Source: Deltaproteobacteria bacterium
GTDB taxonomy: Bacteria; Desulfobacterota; Syntrophia; Syntrophales; UBA5619
DNA: 64,000 nucleotides
Direction of reading: 5' to 3'
NCBI GenBank assembly: GCA_021817825.1
Contig: JAKAFS010000002.1
Coordinates: 6,812 to 70,811, forward strand
The position numbers and the translations under genes were made by a program. This document shows, in pieces, positions 61,968 through 64,000 of this stretch. How positions within the stretch are numbered: position 1 is the stretch's first letter; every line of letters starts with the position of its first letter. The notes below the pieces were generated by a model, which saw only the letters and a program-made list of their open reading frames with translations, had not been told where the DNA came from and did no database searches.

Positions 61968-63848
61968 CTATTTCGGGTCCGGTGCGCCGACCCCGCGCTG
62001 GTTGTCCCAGGCATGGTCGTTGAGCGAGGGGTTGGCCGCCCGGTCGTTGGCCAACAGCTCCTCCTGAATCTGGATCTGTTCGCGGACATTGGAGATAAAG
62101 GCGCTCCTGTCGTGTCGGTGGGGGGCCAGCTTGTGCATGGCCTCTTCGTCGTAGCGGATGAAATTTTGCCCTGCCCTTAAGGCGCTGTAGCGGCGATGGC
62201 CGAGCCGAACCAGGACGTCCACCCCCAGGCGCACCGAGGTGTCCAGGGTTTCCCGGTAAATGTCCCTGATGCCCGACTCCAGAAAGTCAAAGGCGTCAAT
62301 GGGGTTTTCGGCCCGCACCAGGAAGGTCAGATGGGGAAAATGCTTCTGCGCCGTCTCGACGACGTTGTGGTTGATGGGCGGCGAACCGATGGCGGCGATC
62401 AGGAACTTGGCTTTGTCGGCGCCGGCGGCCTGCAGGATGTCGATCCGGGTGGCGTCGCCGTAAAAGGCCTTGAATCCCATCCGCCGCAGGAGATCGACGC
62501 GGTCCGAATCGTTGTCGAGAATCGTCGCTTCCACCCCGTTGGCCCTAAGAAAACGGCCGAGGGTGCTGCCGAAGGGGCCGAACCCGGCGATGATGACCGG
62601 GTGGTGGAAATCGATCTCGTCGGCATCCTTTTCCGCCTTTTCGGGGACGCCGAAGCGGGGCCAGAAGCGGGAAAGGATCAGCCGGTCGTTGAAAAGGAGC
62701 AGCAAGGGGGTCGCGGTCATGCTGAGCGCGGTCAGCCCCATTAGCGCGTCCGTCCATTCGGAAGAGAGAATCTGCAACTGGCTCATGAAGGAAAAAAGGA
62801 CAAAGGCAAATTCACCGACCTGGGAAAGGCCCAGGGAAAAGAGGAGATTCTGGTCCAGGGTGAGCCGGGTCAGCTTTCCGGTGACGAGCAGGGCAAGGCA
62901 CTTGATGCCGATGATGACGCCGACTAGGAGGAGCATCAGCAGAGGGCGATGGAGGATCAACCCAACGTTGATCGATGCGCCTACGGAGATGAAAAAGAGC
63001 CCCAGCAGGATCCCCTTGAAAGGCTCGATATCGCTTTCCAACTCGTGGCGGTACTCGCTGTTGGCAAGGACGATGCCGGCCAGGAAGGTGCCGAGCGCCG
63101 GGCTGAGCCCCACCAGTTCCATGAGGTAGGCCACGGCCAGGACGATGAAGAGGGCCGAAGCGGTAAAAAGCTCGCGCAGGTGGATGCGGGCGATGAACCG
63201 CAGAAAGGGGACGACGAGAAAGCGGCCGCCGAGGATGACCAGGGCCACGGCGCCCAGGAGGGCAAGGGTCTGAATCCAGCCCGGCTGTTGTGCCAGGAAA
63301 GTGCCCGGTTCGCCGGTTGCCTGAAGCGAATCGAGCGCCAGCAGGGGTAAGGCGGCTAGGATCGGAATCACCGCCATGTCCTGAAAAAGAAGGACGGCAA
63401 AGGCGCACCGACCGGACTGGGTCTGGTCGAGTCCCTTCTCCCGGAAGGTCTGTAGGACGATGGCTGTTGAAGACATGGAAAGGGCAAGGCCGATCGCCAG
63501 GGCCGCATGCCAGTGAAAACCGCCGACCATGAAGGCGCCCGTGAAAAGCAGCGTGGTCAGCCCCAGTTGCAGCGCGCCGGACCCCAGGATCAGGCGACGC
63601 ATCCTCCAGAACTGGGCCGGCTCCAATTCCAGGCCGATCAAAAAAAGCATCATCACCACGCCGAATTCGGCAAAGTGGATGACCCCGTTTCCTTCTCCGC
63701 CGACGAACCCCAGGACAAAGGGGCCGATGGTGATCCCGGCCAGGAGATATCCCAGGACCGATCCCATGCCCAGCCGCTTGGCCACTGGGACGAAAAGGAT
63801 CGCGGCGGCAAGATAGATCAGGGCTTCCTGCAAAAAAGAGTGGCTCAT
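61968..63848 (-). CDS. kefC: glutathione-regulated K+-efflux antiporter (CPA2 family, KefB/KefC type, with a C-terminal RCK/TrkA-N domain)
   Basis: MSHSFLQEALIYLAAAILFVPVAKRLGMGSVLGYLLAGI..., FLLFLIGLEL and RCK GFGPFG...D.D. The ATG overlaps the upstream stop (ATGA). Confidence 0.92.
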   Translation of the reverse strand: MSHSFLQEALIYLAAAILFVPVAKRLGMGSVLGYLLAGITIGPFVLGFVGGEGNGVIHFAEFGVVMMLFLIGLELEPAQFWRMRRLILGSGALQLGLTTLLFTGAFMVGGFHWHAALAIGLALSMSSTAIVLQTFREKGLDQTQSGRCAFAVLLFQDMAVIPILAALPLLALDSLQATGEPGTFLAQQPGWIQTLALLGAVALVILGGRFLVVPFLRFIARIHLRELFTASALFIVLAVAYLMELVGLSPALGTFLAGIVLANSEYRHELESDIEPFKGILLGLFFISVGASINVGLILHRPLLMLLLVGVIIGIKCLALLVTGKLTRLTLDQNLLFSLGLSQVGEFAFVLFSFMSQLQILSSEWTDALMGLTALSMTATPLLLLFNDRLILSRFWPRFGVPEKAEKDADEIDFHHPVIIAGFGPFGSTLGRFLRANGVEATILDNDSDRVDLLRRMGFKAFYGDATRIDILQAAGADKAKFLIAAIGSPPINHNVVETAQKHFPHLTFLVRAENPIDAFDFLESGIRDIYRETLDTSVRLGVDVLVRLGHRRYSALRAGQNFIRYDEEAMHKLAPHRHDRSAFISNVREQIQIQEELLANDRAANPSLNDHAWDNQRGVGAPDPK

Positions 63849-64000
63849 GGGGTCTGCCCCTGTAGAGCGAGATCCGGCCAGTCGTTAAGAAAAGAGCGCC
63901 CTTTTAAAGCATCGGCTTGAAAGTCGCCTTTGGCCAGCCTGTCCAGGAGCCGGCGGTATCGCGCCGCATGGTCGTCCAACTCCTGATCGGTCAGCAGGTA
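63845..64000 (-). CDS. C-terminal 51 codons of a probable KefF/KefG-type flavodoxin-like ancillary subunit (5' part outside the window)
   Basis: Hand translation: YLLTDQELDDHAARYRRLLDRLAKGDFQADALKGRSFLNDWPDLALQGQTP*. The segment DQELDDHAARYRRLL parallels the E. coli KefF C-terminus DDETLEGQARHYKQRLL. The stop TGA overlaps the kefC ATG. Confidence 0.55.
   Translation of the reverse strand, partial: YLLTDQELDDHAARYRRLLDRLAKGDFQADALKGRSFLNDWPDLALQGQTP

Overview
This is a high-GC (by eye), densely packed bacterial chromosomal segment with about 62 protein genes and one tRNA. Almost all of it is core housekeeping.

Gene content points to a strictly anaerobic Gram-negative of the deltaproteobacterial / Thermodesulfobacteriota type, although the taxon cannot be fixed from this window. 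The indicators are iorAB, an FrhB-like flavo-FeS protein, FprA-rubredoxin-rubrerythrin, a Desulfovibrio-type Cys-His-Cys-Cys adenylate kinase lid, split glyQ/glyS, TamAB and an Mla system.

Gene order, left to right:
- SPFH fragment, small membrane protein, sugE
- hemW-lepA, adk, FmdB zinc ribbon
- CE4-like deacetylase with LysM-NlpC/P60, divergent from mtgA
- thiolase, PaaK-like ligase, malic enzyme
- WbuC cupin-tamA-tamB, tRNA-Asn
- FrhB-like-iorA-iorB, fprA-rubredoxin-rubrerythrin
- holin-like membrane protein, mutS
- STAS-mlaE/mlaF/mlaD/lipoprotein
- GAF-PilB-like ATPase
- glyQS, recO, pyrR-pyrB-pyrC with a PyrR attenuator
- soluble MgtE-sensor protein with an NRAMP homolog
- lepB, DUF456, yajC-secD-secF, queA-tgt, mazG-DUF2065
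- corrinoid protein
- hydantoinase-like/HDAC-like/CMD operon
- small lipoprotein, ytxH-DUF948-yajD, a REP-like hairpin cluster
- queD-folE2-nadE-Zn-ribbon, and a kefF-like fragment with kefC

I found no CRISPR array, transposase, integrase, prophage or recognisable defence gene.

Eleven gene pairs overlap by exactly 4 nt (ATGA or GTGA). Several near-consensus TTGACA-N15-19-TAnnnT promoters and clear intrinsic terminators are visible.

The best candidate for something undescribed is the pair at 41867-44441. It combines a pore-less MgtE-type cytosolic Mg2+ sensor with an NRAMP-fold transporter that has lost the transition-metal ligands (NRMT-like). Secondary candidates are:
- an orphan GAF-fused secretion ATPase
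- a hydantoinase-like / HDAC-like (extra Cys4 domain) / CMD operon
- a STAS-MlaE fusion

All functional calls rest on motif recognition by eye. No database search or computation was run.
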